Below are positions 37,680 through 51,623 of a DNA stretch of 64,000 nucleotides, one piece after another. The stretch covers positions 186,001-250,000 of the forward strand of contig JBPGPT010000005.1 in assembly GCA_051047955.1 (NCBI GenBank), written 5' to 3'. A program made the position numbers and the translations under genes. Each line of letters opens with the position of its first letter. Position 1 is the first letter of the stretch. The notes under the pieces were generated by a model. The model saw nothing but the letters and a program-made list of their open reading frames with translations, searched no databases and was not told where the DNA came from. Source of the stretch: Cystobasidiomycetes sp. EMM_F5 (lineage: Eukaryota).

Positions 37680-39064
37680 ATGGTTCTAGAAGGAATTGTC
37701 GATGCAGTCCGCGAGGCAACAGGCACAATGCCAGACTACCCAGACAAGCGATTCCTCTCTGGATTTGCACCACCCGACCCAAGTCTCTTCGCTGAGCAGG
37801 AGCGAGCCAACAAGGCTGGCGAGCGTCCCGGAAAGCAATACAACCTCGCAAAGGTCTGCCCAATCCTGATGATCAGTGGCGACACTGCTGAGCATCACTT
37901 TCGCGCAGACACCCATTGACGATGTCTACGCGTCCGGCAAGCCATACGTTGGCTCTGGGAAATTGACTGGAAAGAAAGCTCTGATCACAGGCGGTGACTC
38001 CGGAATCGGTCGTGCCATTGCAATCCTCTTTGCTATCGAGGGAGCCGACAGCACCATCGCCTATCTTCCGTCTGAGCAAAAGGATGCCGAGTCCGTTCGG
38101 GATTATGTCAAAGAGAAGACTGGCCGCACTATCAATTTCTTTGCTGGCGACTTGAAGAGCGAAGCGAATTGCAGAGCCGCTGTTGACTCTCACATTCAGG
38201 CACTTGGCGGTCTGGATATTCTCGTTAACAATGCTGCACAGCAGTTAGAGAACCACGACATTACTACTTTGGAATCTAAGCAGTGGGAGGAGACGTTCCA
38301 GCTCAACATTCACCATTATTTCTACATGAGCAAAGCTGCCATACCTCATTTATCACGAGGATCAAGCATCATCAACATGTGCTCCATCAATGCATTCATT
38401 GGGCGACCAGACTTGCTCGATTGTGAGTGGCTGTATCATCTGCGTTCTCATACCTTGCCTGACAGAAACTTCACAAAACTAGACACCAGCACAAAGGGTG
38501 CTATCGTCTCTTTCACCCGCGGTTTGAGCAACCAAATCATCTCCGACAAGATGATTCGCGTCAACTGTACGGTACTCTTTGAGCGGAGGCTCAATTTCGT
38601 TTTTGCTGATCCCAACTACTTGCAGCGATTGCTCCTGGACCAATCTACACTCCCCTTATATCGTCAACCTTCAGCAAGTCGAACATGACGGGGTTGTCAT
38701 CGGTGCCAATGGGTGAGGACGCTCGGGCCTACACAAGCGTGCGAGGCTGAGTACTTAATGCAGGCCGACCTGGACAGCCGGTTGAAGTGGCTACATGCGC
38801 AGTCTTCCTTGCATCTGGTGCGTCCTGTCCGCTTGTAGTATCATTTCCGCTGACGTAGCTGGCATCGATCTACAGAGGACTCGTCGTACATCACTGGGAA
38901 TGTCATCCATCCCAAGTAAGCTATGCAACATCGTCAGCCTAGGCGCAATGCTGATCTGATGCATTTTGCCTGTTACAGTGGCGGAAGTAAGTGAAATAGC
39001 GCCGATGTCGGTAGATGCCCTACGAAAGACTGACATGCTTCTTTCTGCAGCTGTGATCTCGTAG
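37680..39064 (+). CDS. Classical short-chain dehydrogenase/reductase (YghA/YhdF-like)
   Basis: ALITGGDSGIG, LVNNAA, spliced DYTSTKGAI (YxxxK), IAPGPIYTP, GRPGQPVEVA; ends HPNGGTVIS* via an 8-nt micro-exon. Confidence 0.92.
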
Positions 39065-39461
39065 GAAATCTATTAAGAGAGCAAGGAAGATACTCGCGGA
39101 AATTTTAGGCGATTGCAATAATTGTCTGTGATAGACTCCTAAGGAAGCGTAGAACCTCTTTTTGTGAACCATCTGCACGCTTCGCTATAATGTATGAATG
39201 ATGAAACGAGTTTTGTTAGCCAAAGATCAGCTCAACAGCCGAAGCTTCACTTATTGTTTGTGTTGATTGCTGATTATAAGAGACGGACACTTTCATGTCC
39301 GATAAATGCGTGCGGCGACTCCAAGGATGCGCATGACGCAAGACACTCCAGAGTGCGAGTGATTTGCGTGAAGCACACGGCTTGGGCATCTTTGCCGGAT
39401 GGCTACCTGGCTGCCTGCAAGCTTTGTTACTACATATCTGACATTCACCTAGCCGTCATCG

Positions 39462-40990
39462 ATGTCTACAAATGCCGACCTGAAGACGTATGCCGACGCT
39501 CCGTCGGGCCGGTTCACCACAACATACCTGCGATGCGTTCGGTATGGACCAGATAGCGTCAAAGATCTATACGATACCATCACGGAAATCCTGCCAAAGG
39601 GCATCGAAGCGAAAGCTATCATTGTCACTGGCAAATCCCTGTCAAAGACGTCGATAATCCCATCAATTGAAGATCAGCTCAAGTCGCACAATGCATACGT
39701 GGACACTTTCACTTCTATCCGCCAACATACTCCCAGCGAAGATGTGGACAAGCTGTTGCAGCTTGTACGGCAAAAAGGTATCTGGGCGTGTCATCCGTTA
39801 TCTAGCTTACAAGATTTGCTAATCAATCAATCACTGTTCCCAGGCGCGACTATTGCAGTAGCTGTCGGCGGTGGATCTCCCATTGACGCTTGCAAGGCCC
39901 TCTCCTCGTATCATAAGGACAAATATGGAGAGTTTCTGCCTCACGTACGTACCTGAATTATCATCATGACATTTGACATGCTTTGAAGACGAATCGTGCC
40001 TTCGTCACAGATCGCCATCCCGACTACCCTTAGTGCGGCCGAGTTTACGCACATTGCTGGACACACGAACAAAGATGGTCAGAAGGAGACAATCAACAAT
40101 GAGCGAATCTGTCCAAATGTAAGTGCGGACACTTCGTCAAAAACGAGGTTCAATTCTTACACTGTCTGATTCTTCCATCGCACAGGCCGTCATCATGGAT
40201 CCTGTCATTGCAATGCAAACGCCCAGGCGATTGTGGCTGTCGACCGGTATCAGAGCGCTCGATCACGCCATAGAGGGTCTATATCGTCCAGGAGCGCAAT
40301 ATCCAAACCAACAGCTTGGCCTGTCTGCTATCAGAGATCTTTTTACGTATCTGCCTAGATGCGCGAAAGACGAGACGGACACAGTGGAGGCGAGGGGAAA
40401 GCTGCAATTAGCTGCGTGGATGTCGTAAGTGCTGTAGTCGCCTTGAAGAATAGGCTAACAGATTGGAACGTTGTCAGACTGTTTCCAGCGAGATTAGACA
40501 CTGCGCTCGGGCCTTGTAAGTCTCGTTGATAGACCTTCGCTACAAGTAATTAACCGCAGCTGCTTCCACAGCACACATCTTGGGGCATGGTCTGGGCTCA
40601 AGATATTCGATTCCGCATGGCATATGCTCTGTACTGACCCTGCCAAATACTGTCAGGGCTATGGCTAGATCGCTTCCTGCTGGCCCAGAAAGGATCATGC
40701 TGGCCAATGCGTTCAGCTATCTTCCGACTCCCTTCGTCCGAGATCATATTGGATTTGACGACGATGAGCACAGTGAAGTCAATGCTGCACTCGTGCTCGC
40801 TTCTGCGCTGGATAAGCTGATTGAGCGACTGGATCTGCACTCGACATTGTCAGAGTACAAGGTGCCTAAGGAGGATCTGAAGACGCTTGCTGGAAAAGCG
40901 CACGAAGCGTGTGTATCCAAGCCGGGCTGGGCCAAGCTGTGTCCATCTGCAGAGACACTGGAAAAGCAGGTCTTGGAGAAGTCCTATTAG
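39462..40990 (+). CDS. Iron-containing alcohol dehydrogenase superfamily protein (maleylacetate-reductase-like)
   Basis: AVGGGSPIDACK, IAIPTTLSAAE, STGIRALDHAIE, SHILGHGLG...IPHGICS. Confidence 0.88.
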
Positions 40991-41056
40991 CTGTGTTAGA
41001 CACGTCGCGCGATGCTGCAAGTCTGTTTATTGAGAAGTAGATTACGGTCAAGTACA

Positions 41057-41445
41057 TTATTGATTGGCTTTCGCCATCTGTTCTGCGTTGTATTCCGAGA
41101 ACCTGCTTCCTACTCGTGTTGACAATGCAAGGAATTTGTCGGCACAGTGATTTACGCATGTCGTTTCGTTCGTCTTTAGCCTGCCGCCGTGAACAAGTCA
41201 GCGCAGTGGTCGTCCCTTTAGAAATATGACCTTGTGCGTACTTGGCGGATGAGAAGTCTGTTGCGCAATCCATAAAACACCGCTCTACGAGTCCAGAATA
41301 GAGCGTCATGAAGTCCTTCATCTGGATTGACATATTCTTCAGCGGGGGATGATAGACAACTGCGATAATCTCCTCGCACCTGCTTCTTTTGCATAATCTG
41401 CTCCAACGCGGCAGCTTCGTTCGGGGACAGACCTGAGGCGTCCAT
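41057..41445 (-). CDS. TIM9: Mitochondrial intermembrane-space small TIM chaperone Tim9
   Basis: Three exons: ...QKKQ/MKDFMTLYSGLVERCFMDCATDFSSAK/LKTNETTCVNHCADKFL...; twin CX3C motif. Confidence 0.93.
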
Positions 41446-41715
41446 ATTCTGTTATAGCGAATCAGACGTTGCCCAAACAGGCTAGCCCGAAGGACTTCAG
41501 ACTCATCCAAGCTTACGAGTTGTTGGATTGATGACTCGGTGACCGTGCTTGTTTGCGTTGACGTGAAGTCGACTCGAAGCCGATTTATCGATCTCTTCGA
41601 TAATTTTGAACGGCAAGCAAGACTTGCTTCTTTAGACGCAGTCGCAACCCAGACCTCATTACAGATCACAAAAGACCGACACACGCTAAAAGACTTCCTC
41701 GCCGTCCACGCAAAT

Positions 41716-42765
41716 ATGGCCGTTCGTACGTTACTTTGCGCCCAATGACCGTGACATGACGCTGATAATTGCCACTTTACAGGCGTCAGATTTGAGAACT
41801 CGTCAGTACGTCCAGACGAGCACGCGGGAATGAAATGCCTTCGTTGTAATGTACATCAAAAGCTGACCCTGTCTCTGTGTTCTCTCACAGGATATTGGGG
41901 TATTCGCCAAACTCACAAACTCGTCAGTTTGGCCGTTTAAGCGACTATCTGCTCTGGCTAAATCATCGCTTGTATACACAGATACTGCCTGGCATCTCAA
42001 TCCATAGGGTCCACAAACTTCTACTCCACCTTTGAAGCCGAACTCGCAGATGTGATACCCGTCGTCGAGACATCTATCGGGGGCACAAGGATAATAGGCA
42101 GAATGACTGCAGGTTCGTCGATTGACGCTACTGTTTTATGCAAATTCTCGTAACATGCCTGTCTACAGGCAATCGACACGGTCTTCTGGTCCCTTCGACA
42201 ACGACAGACCAAGAATTACAGCACTTGCGAAATTCTCTGCCAGACAAGGTAGCGATCCAAAGGGTGGAGGAGCGATTATCGGCACTCGGCAATGTCATTG
42301 CATGCAACGACTATGTGGCGCTGGTGCACCCGGATATCGACCGCGAGACGGAGGAGATTATCGCGGATGTGCTAAAGGTGGAGGTATTTAGGCAGACGAT
42401 TGCCAACAACGTTCTCGTCGGCAGCTACTGCGCCATAACAAATCAAGGCGCGCTGGTGCACCCGAAAACAAGCATACAAGATCAAGACGAGCTGTCGAGT
42501 CTGCTTCAGGTGCCGCTTGTCGCGGGGACGGTCAACAGAGGGTCAGATGTGATTGGCGCGGGCATGATTGTCAACGACTGGTGTGCTTTCACTGGCGTCG
42601 ATACGACAGCTACTGAGATTAGGTAAGCCTAACACCTGTTGCGATAGTAGGACGTAATGCTAAACCCAGCCGTACAGTGTGATAGAGGCAGCTTTCAAGC
42701 TGCATGGCAACGATACCAGTAATATTGGAAACATGCGTGATACCCTCGTTGACACATTAGCGTAA
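41716..42765 (+). CDS. TIF6: Translation initiation factor eIF6
   Basis: [55 protein letters not shown]; ends DTLVDTLA*. Confidence 0.97.
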
Positions 42766-43261
42766 TACATCTTATGTCCCGCAATACCCAAAATCGTTAC
42801 GCAATGTGACGATTCTACCGAAACTCGCGTTCCTGATGAATTTTAAACAAGCTAACGGCTCTCGCTGGAGGAGAATACCTCTCCGCATCCATGATTGCAT
42901 CGACCGCCTCTGCGATGTGGCCGTTGATATCGAGGACACATCCTGTACGCGCACCACTTACTGCCCATCTATGACCGAGTGTGCGTGAGATGTCTTCTCA
43001 TGACTCTGGCACGTATGTTGTGTACGCCCATGATTGGCAGCGACACTAATATGCCCGCGGCTAAAGCCTTGCGGTCTTGTGGTCTTGTGCGTCTGCTAGA
43101 CAAATGCTGTAGTAGGATTTCTCTTTCCTGGAAGCAATATGCTGAGTCCGGTACGCGTCTTCGCCGACAGTGAAGCCTTGAGAGCTGTCTGTATATGCCT
43201 CGCGAGGGACTCGCGACTTGTAGGCTCAGGCATGCTCGTCGTGTTGTGCGGCACGTTGTAA

Positions 43262-43961
43262 TCAACTGGCTGCCTTTGCTGCCGAGATTTCTTGCAAGAC
43301 TTTTTGAGTTGCCTTTACGATGAGCTGATGCTCGACCTTGTGTATCCGTTCTTCGAGGTCAGACAAGCTCTCGCCATTTATACATGGCACTTCTTGCACC
43401 ATTATAGGGGTGCCTCTGTCAACCTCCTGAACGACCTCGTGCACCATCACTCCGGTCTCTTCAATTTCTTTTCGCTGAAAGGCATCCCAAGCGCGCTGAA
43501 TAGCGTTGGCTCCGTCAAATGCGCCAGGCAAGGCTGGGTGTAGATTGATGATGCGGACATTTTGTTCCCTAAAGGGTGCAAGGAAAGTTTCCGACAGAAT
43601 ATGCATGAAGCCTGCGAGGACTACGAGGTGAGGTGTGCACGATAGAACTCTCTCTGCGAGCTCTGCATCGTAATCCACTCGAGTCTTGCCAGGATTGTTT
43701 TTTAGGTATGTAACGAGCGAGAAGATGTCTGTCGATATTCCTGCCTTTGCTGCTCTTTGCAGGCCGTAGGCAGCCTTTCGATTTGACAGTACGTGTACGA
43801 TGGGTACACGAGCGTCAATGAGAGCTTGGAGGTTTGTTCCTAGATTGCATGGCCAATATGACCCAAATTTCAGCGAGAATACTAAAACAAAGACTAGCCC
43901 GCTCACCGGAACCCGAGACGAGCACGGCTACTCGCAGTCCTGCCGCACTTTCAGCAGTCAT
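43262..43961 (-). CDS. ADE8: Phosphoribosylglycinamide formyltransferase
   Basis: VLVSGSG/TNLQALID, VLAGFMHILS, INLHPALPGAFDG, TGVMVHEV..EVDRG. Confidence 0.95.
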
Positions 43962-44077
43962 CTTTGCAGTATTGCAGCCTATTTAGCCAGTTGGTGGGCC
44001 TCTGCCAACCCGTCCCACACTCGTGACGCCGCTATTCCATTCCGAATCTCCAACCAAGTCGCACATTCGCAGCAAAA
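43962..44077. promoter_or_regulatory. Very short bidirectional promoter region (ADE8 / EDE1)
   Basis: Only 116 bp between divergent ATGs. Confidence 0.55.
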
Positions 44078-47000
44078 ATGGCACCGACTCCAGCTGGTAC
44101 GCCAGTCATGACAGTGACTTTTGCAGGCAGCTCCAGAGACTGATGCGGTATTTCTCCCATGCAGAGCTCGGGCTGAGCTCAGACGAGAGCAAGGCCTACA
44201 ACTACCTATACGGCCTGGCCGACAAGGAAGACCTCGGTGTGCTCACTGGCGACAAGGCAGTCGCTTTCTTTGAGGCTGCGGGGCTGCCCGGCCAGGTCAG
44301 TGACTTGAGCCGTGTCCGTGTGCCGACTTCCCGTCATTGATCGATGACCCAATACGGGATGCGGACGACTGGCGAGATAGCGTTGCATACTCATCACTGA
44401 CGCTGCCTTTTCATTACTCTAGACGCTCGGCGAAATCTGGGCGCTCGCCGATGACGATAATACCGGCTTCCTAACCAAAGAAGGCTTCGCAGCAGCTTGT
44501 CGTTTGATAGGGCACAGCCAGAATGGCCAGAAGCCTTCTCAGCAGCTGATCCGAAGGAGTGAGTGAGTCTACTGATACTGAGACCGCTTGCTGATCCGCA
44601 TGTCTCCAGCTGGACCGTTAGCCTATTTTAGAGGCATTAGCAATATACCAGGCATATCAAAGCAGCCGACACCCCCGTCGAAGGCTGGGTCAGTCTCTGC
44701 TCCATCGCCAGCAAGGAGCCGTGAGGGAAATTCGAGCTCCCCTGCTCCTACATCCGCCAGCATAACCATCTCTCCGGACGAACGAGCTCGATACACTCGC
44801 ATCTTCGCTAATGCGGGCCCAATTGGTGGCTTGCTCGACGGAGAAAAGGCGTCCGATATATTGTCGAAGAGCAAGCTCAGTAATGACAAACTGTCTCAAA
44901 TATGGTGAGGGCGTTTCTGTGCTCAAACTGTTGCTCAACCTGAGCCAGTCTGTTGCAGGAACTTGGCCGACAGACAACGTCGCGGTGGTCTCGACTCTGC
45001 CGACTTCATCATCGCAATGGCGCTAGTACAAGCACTCATGAACGGCACGTTGTCCTCGGTCCCGAGTACTTTACCGCCGAGCCTGGTGAGCCAAGTTGGG
45101 CCCCCGTCTAGCGTGCCTTCCAGTCCTATTCGCGCTCAATCAGCAGTGCCATTGGCACCCCAACGCACCGGTCAAGCCATGCCGTCCTACGCACAGAGCT
45201 CCGTAAACACAAACCCGTTGAGAGCTTCAACCGTGTCTAATGTATCTAGTGCTGGCGGAGGCGCGGCCTGGGCAATTTCTCCCGTAGAGAAAGCCCAGTC
45301 CGATACATTCTTTGCCATGCTCGATACAGCTCGTTCTGGCTACATTACAGGTGATGTTGCTGTGCCGTTCTTCCTGCAGTCTGGGTTGGGCGAGGATGTG
45401 CTCGCTCAGGTGTGGGATCTCTCTGATATCCAGAAGGAAGGTCGTCTAGGCCAGGACGAGTTTGCAGTTGCACGCAGGCTTATAATGGACACATTATCCG
45501 GCAAGCCAGTACCAGGCCAGCTTGATGACAGCATGATTCCGCCGAAACTTAGAGCTAAACAGCAGCCACAGCGTAAGCATAATCTCCGTCTTCACCAGCT
45601 AATTGGTCAGGGCTGACTGAGCGAGAGATTCTACAGAATCCGAAGTCCAGCGTGATCTATTCTCACTCATGGATGATGACATTCCTGCCACGCCCGCCTC
45701 TCCGGTACAAGCACCTGCGCCATCCACCTTTACAAATCAAAGAGTGGCCTCGCCGGCACCACTCCAACCCATGCACACAGGAGGTTCTGCTCGTGCAGCT
45801 CAGCCAATCATGCCAAATTATACAGGAGGATCCTTCCGTTCAGCGACTCCCCTTGGCGCGACGACAAGAGGCGCCCCACCGCCGGTCCCAGCTATGCGAA
45901 GTGCTCTTGCCTCGCCGGTCGCCCAATCACCTCAACAAGCGACTCGATCTCGTCAGCAAGACTTCTTTGCGTCTGCTTCGGATGATGAGGAAGACGAACC
46001 TGCGGCTTCCACGGCATCGGTAGCAAAGCAGAAGGAGCTGTCGAGTCTGAAGGATGACGTTGCATCCACCCAAAGATCCGCATCGGGACTGAGGGATCAG
46101 AGGACTAAACTGGCCAAGGAAACGGTAGACATCGATAAGCAGCTCGATGAACTCCGCGTCTCCCTATCCCAAGCCAAGGCAGCCTACGATGTCGAGAGTA
46201 CCAACATGTCAAACCTCGAAGCTCGTCACAAGACTGGATCCGAGGAATTAAAAAAGCTCAAACAGCAGGTCATCACTGCTGAATCTGACTTGTCGGCGCT
46301 ACGGGAGCAGAAGTCCGAACTCGAGCAGTCCATCTTGAAAGACAAAGAGGAGATGCGTGAACTGAACCGTAAAATAAAGGTAACAAACGAAGAGGTTACC
46401 GCACTCAAAGAAAGCTTGGAAAAGATCAACAAGGAAGCAAGACAGCAGCGCGGTGTACTCGTGGTCAACCGAAAGCAGCTCTCGACTGCGGAATCCGCCA
46501 GAGAAAACACTCAAGCCAGCATTGCATCTGCACAACGCGACCTCAAAGATGTCAAGCGCGAAGTAGCAGAATCGGAGAAGCAAATTGCAGCATCCATTGC
46601 GCCAGCAGCTGCTGTACTGCACGAACAAGCGATCAATGCGCCACTACCGCAATCTGGTGCCGCAAGCCCGGCCATATCAGTCGCCAGCGGACGCAGTATG
46701 AACCCCTTCGAGCGCCGTGGTACTTTCAGTCCAGCAGCCGCCGCTGCCGCTGGAGGTGCTGTCGGCTTGGCTGCCGGTGCCGTCGCTGCTCAACATCATG
46801 TTAAATCACCACTAGGTGTGCCCGTCACTAGTGATGCGGACCTTAACGACCAAACCGTATTGCAAGGCGAAGACGATGATCCATTCGGTGTGCCCTCTGT
46901 GGCTGGACATGGCAGTGCAGAGCCGTCGGGCAGTCACGCACCCACGACAAATGACTTTGGGTTTGACGATGATTTTGCCGCCGCATTCGGCGCACCTCCT

Positions 47001-48515
47001 ACACCTGCAGCTCACGGGATAAATGATGACATGCACTCGTCATCTTATGGTACTTCATCCCATAACGCAGCTGCTCATGATTCACAGGCTGCCTATAGCA
47101 GCAGTGCAAACTTCGATGACGCTTTCGGAGAAGCTGGTGCAACGATGCCGACAGCGGAGGTCCCGATGACTGTAGTTGATGAGCCAGGTCACACTGTCGG
47201 CAATGGCGGCTCTGATGGAGAACCTGTCGATAGAGATTATGCAGCACCACACCTTGCGAGTACAGCCACCGCTCCTCACGGGCAATTACACCCTGGGTCC
47301 ACTTCGATGGAGCAATATGCCTCTCGCCCAGTGACAGCACACGAGGAAGACCAGGACGACGACGATAATGACGATTTACCGCCCATTCAAGACATACAAG
47401 GGCCAGATGAAGACAGTGACAGCGACAGCGAAGGCGGGCATGAGCACACGCCTAGTCAACACCAGACGGCAGATTTAAATCACAGTGCAGCCGAAGTCCA
47501 AACTCAGCCCAACGTACATCATGATCCCCTGCAACACGCGACAGTGTCCAATGCCGGTACAGGACATCCCGAGGCAGACTTGCCGGGGGCTTATCCATCG
47601 GGCGGTGACCTTTCTGATAATGAAGATGCCTTTGTAGATGCGCGCAGCGCGCCAGCAGGCAATCACAGTGTCTCACCTACTGGTATACACGAATCAGATT
47701 CAGACCATTTCAGACAAGGTTATCACGATCCTGGAAGTCAGGCAAGCCACCACAGTTCATCACTTCCCCTTACTGAAGGAGCGGGACGAGAACGACCAAA
47801 CGTGACAAGTGGCATCGCTCGCGAAGGTTCTGACGACTTTGATGATTTCGAGGACTTGGCCCCAGCTCACATCGAGCCTGCTCCCGTCCAGTCTTCTGGC
47901 GCCACCACAACATCTATCCCCTCTGCACCGTCAAGTGGTGTACCGGTCACTGCAGCATCTGCCAATTTTGATGACGCTTTTGACGACGACTTTGGCTTCG
48001 ACAATCAAACTTTCTTACACCATACCATCACGTCTCAGGGAGTAGGAAAGGCGAATGATGCGCAAGGCGCTGTTCCTGGCCAAGTGCCGCAAGCGGGTAT
48101 GAATGTGAATGCCTCGGCCTCGGGCATGCATGGATTTGATGATGCTTTCGATATGCCCTCGACTGCACACACCGATTCATCTGCTCCACCCTTGCCTAAA
48201 CGACCGGCAGTTGGATTCGATGACGATTTCTTCTCCAGCGCTGCACCACCGTCTAACGCGTCTCCGGCTGCGCCTTCGCACGTCGCGAATACCAATACTC
48301 GGGCTCCGTCTGAACCGACAGGTTTGCCCCCAAGCTACGTTGCACCGCCTCCGATGCCCGCTCGGCAGCCCTCGACCAAGCCACTGAGTCAGGAAGATGC
48401 TCTTGACGAACTCGTTGCCATGGGTTTCAGTCGACAGCAAGCCAAATCTGCTCTGGAAGACAACCAATATGACGTCACTCGCGCAGCCAACGCATTGTTG
48501 GCGGTGAACATGTAG
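44078..48515 (+). CDS. EDE1: Ede1/Eps15-like endocytic scaffold: three EH domains, coiled coil, low-complexity region, C-terminal UBA
   Basis: EH signatures LGEIWALAD, LSQIW.LAD and LAQVWDLSD; long heptad region; NPF/DPF and repeated FDDxF motifs; UBA LVAMGFSRQQAKSALE. Confidence 0.92.
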
Positions 48516-48817
48516 TGCTTCATCGTATGACAATACTCGCACCTTGTAAACTTAGGATATGCGATCGTTCAGGCCTAATGAGAAACCTCAGCAGTACGTT
48601 GCAATTGTGCGCTGATATGCAGCAAGCACGACACCAGCAGACTTGCCAAAAACCCCAATGATTACAACGGAATTGACAAGCTAGACTGGCTTAGCTGCAG
48701 CTGTACTGATGCTACCAAACCTCCCTAGCTCATGCAGCCAAACGCATACAAACGCATGGTGGCGAGAGATGCTCAGCGGGTTGGCATGCACCGCTGGCTT
48801 TACTATCGCGCCTGCTC

Positions 48818-51192
48818 TCAAGTTGTGTAGACAAACCAGGGGGCATTGTCGCCTTCGTCTTGATGTTCAGCCTTCTCCTCCGCCGTTGGCAGACCTCGTC
48901 CGGCCATGATAGCAGCGCGCTTGCGATTTACTGACTTGAGGTGAAAGTGCATGATGGCCGCAGTCCCGACCATCATCATGCACCAAGCGAAATTGATGGC
49001 ATGTCCTGTCGAGTACTTCGGAGCATCTGTCTTCGGGTAGCTGACATTTGCAGAGGCAGAGTTGGTGGTTAGGAGAATGTTACTGATGCCGTCGTAGAGA
49101 GCTACATACATGAAAGAAGAGATGACTCCGCCCAAATTTCCGACTGAAACAATAATTGCTGCTGCTACTGCCTTCTTTGTCGCTCCACCGCAGTTGTTGA
49201 GTCCCCAGCTTACAATCAGCGGGATGCCAGGGTAGACACCTGCGCTTGCCAGAAACCTGCAGAATACTAATAAGCACAGTGTAAGGCGTCCCGGAGCACA
49301 GATACTGACAGCGCGAAGTATTGCACGGCGTGATTTTGCGTCACTAGAAGCAGCAGAAATCCAAGAGCGCCGACTCCGCCGCAAATCATCGTAATGATAC
49401 CGCGCTGCTGATAGCGATCAGAAAGATAGCCAGCGCTTATGGTGGTCAAAGCCGCCAAAAAGTATGGAGGAGTGCTGAGCAGTTGCGCATTTGCTGCAGT
49501 GTAGCCCAAACTAAACAAAATAGGGAGTAGGTGGAATGGAACAAAGATAAGGGCATGATCCGTATTGCCAATAAATACTTACTTTGCAATCAAGGCTGTA
49601 AATGAACAGATGCTGCTGGTCAGAGCGGTTTCATCTTCTTGCAGAAACAAACTGGAGCTCATTGGGGGAGAAGAGGGAGAAGGAGTAAACGGGCATCAAA
49701 CTTCCTTGGAACGACAGCGCAAACACCCAGAGCTTGATATCCAGGAAAGCATCCTTGACAAACTTCCACTTGAACTCCGTAGAAAGACCGTCATCATCGA
49801 GCTTAAGCCGTTCAACAATGAACGTCTTCTCTGCAGGGTTTAGGAAGCGAGCAGTTGGAGGATAATCTATTATTCGGATTAGACAAGTGAGCCTGTGTAC
49901 TAGTCAATTTGTACGTAGGCATGGGTCATGCGTCGCCTTACCATGTAACATCCAGAAGGACGCAAAAGCTACCAGAACCGTGAGTATACCCTCAAGGACG
50001 AATATCCAGCGCTGAGCAGACTGAGATTAGTTTCTCATATCTATACATAGATTTTATTGCTGCGCACCCATCCTTCCAGATCGCCTTTGCCATCGAGTAG
50101 GTTGATCAGCCGGGCAAGCAGGCCTCCGAAAGCACCTGAAGGAAGAGTTTGAATCACACTGTCGGCACGCTGTACATAAGCACGCAACTGACCAGCGACA
50201 GTTGCCGCAGAGAAGAAAACGGCAATCCGGAAGTTGACCTCGTATCGTCGATACCATCTTGCCAGAAAGTAGCTGACTCCCGGAAAGAGGCCTGCACAGA
50301 GAGAAGCTCAACGGGCAAGCAGTATGAAATGTCGAAGGGTGCCTACCCGCTTCTGCTGCGCCCAAGGCGATGCGAACGCCAACTAGGTCTGCGTATTTCT
50401 TGACAAACCCCATGCCAATCATGATCTGTAGTTAAACAATTGAGCTTCGACGCAACACAATGTCAGCATGCATAACGACTCCTCACAGCTCCCCATGCGA
50501 TCATAATTAAGGGTAGCCATCCTGACGACGATACATCAGCAGTTTCAATACACTCCGTGAAATGGCTTGTGTATATTTACGCGATGGCCGCCATCGCTTC
50601 ATGACCATGTTTCTGCAGTAGAAGGGGTTAGACTGTGTCAGTGCACGCTCGCCTTGGGTCCGTGGTCGATGCTGCTCACGAAGGCACCTCAAAGGCAACA
50701 TAACTTATGAAGAATACGGCGAGGGCGGTGGAGTACTGAATCGGCGTTAACCCTAGCTGGGCACTCAGACCAAAGAGATTCGCATTGCCGATATTTGCTT
50801 GACGGTTTTGTCAGTCTACAGCGTTGTGTGCGAATTGATGACCACGACTCACTGCGGTCAAGGAATGAAAGGAGGTACAACAAGCCTGGAGACGTAATAG
50901 CCGAAATGGGCAGTAGTCTGAGCGTTAGAGCCGAAGTGCAGATGGCACGCCTGAAATGCCTACTGAGCCAGGGAATAAGACGCAAGTCGCTAAAAAAGTA
51001 GACAGAACCCTTCAATCTCGCGCCAGGTCCAGCAACCTTGTCCAACGCTCACACTTTGCGGACAATACGAGCCTCGTCTAGCCCGCTGTATTCGTGTGTG
51101 TCCCCCTTTGCAATCCCTGCTGTCGGAGAGTACTCTGGCCTAGACGGCGCGGAGTCGAGTTCGTATGCCTCGTCAGCCTTGCGGTCCGTCAT
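48818..51192 (-). CDS. MFS transporter, anion:cation symporter family (Tna1/Dal5-like); one intron has a non-GT donor
   Basis: RKVDLRLIPWL..LYLLSFLDRTNIGNA, FEVPSN, EAGLFPG, WIFVLEG, AQLLSTPPY, GNLGGVI. Reading frame restorable at all junctions checked. Confidence 0.88.
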
Positions 51193-51623
51193 GGGAGATC
51201 TGTGAGACGAAGTGGTAAGCAGAGCCCGGTGAGAGCAGAGAAAAGGCGCGTCAAGGCGCGTCAACAGCCTCAGGACACAGGCTACGTTCTAGTGCGGAGG
51301 ATGTGGCATCAAAGCTTGAAAGGGAATGCGTCGGATTTGCTGCGCTAAGTCGAAAGAAGCACGACTGTCAGACTTTGCAAGGCTTTGTTGGACAATTTGG
51401 ACGTTGGAATACGGAAGCTGCGCCTGGTAACGGTGAGAACGGGTTCGGATGAGTCCGGTCTTCAGTTTCGTGAATGGTCCTAGATGAGCGTAACTTGTAG
51501 GAGCTTTTAGCAAGGAAGCCAACAGACGGCTGTATTGCTGTATCGACTGGAAATGTTTTCGGAAAGACAGCTCATGTCCGTGTGGATCCGTTAGCGGCTT
51601 TGACCTGCCCAAACCTGAGCACT

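Noticed and set aside
40240..40280. RALDHAIE lacking the metal-ligand Asp in the Fe-ADH
   Set aside because: Substitution at this position is known in the maleylacetate-reductase-like branch; not novel.
42770..43260. Several ~60-100 codon ORFs between TIF6 and ADE8
   Set aside because: No motif or coherent exon chain; explained as convergent 3' UTR/intergenic sequence.
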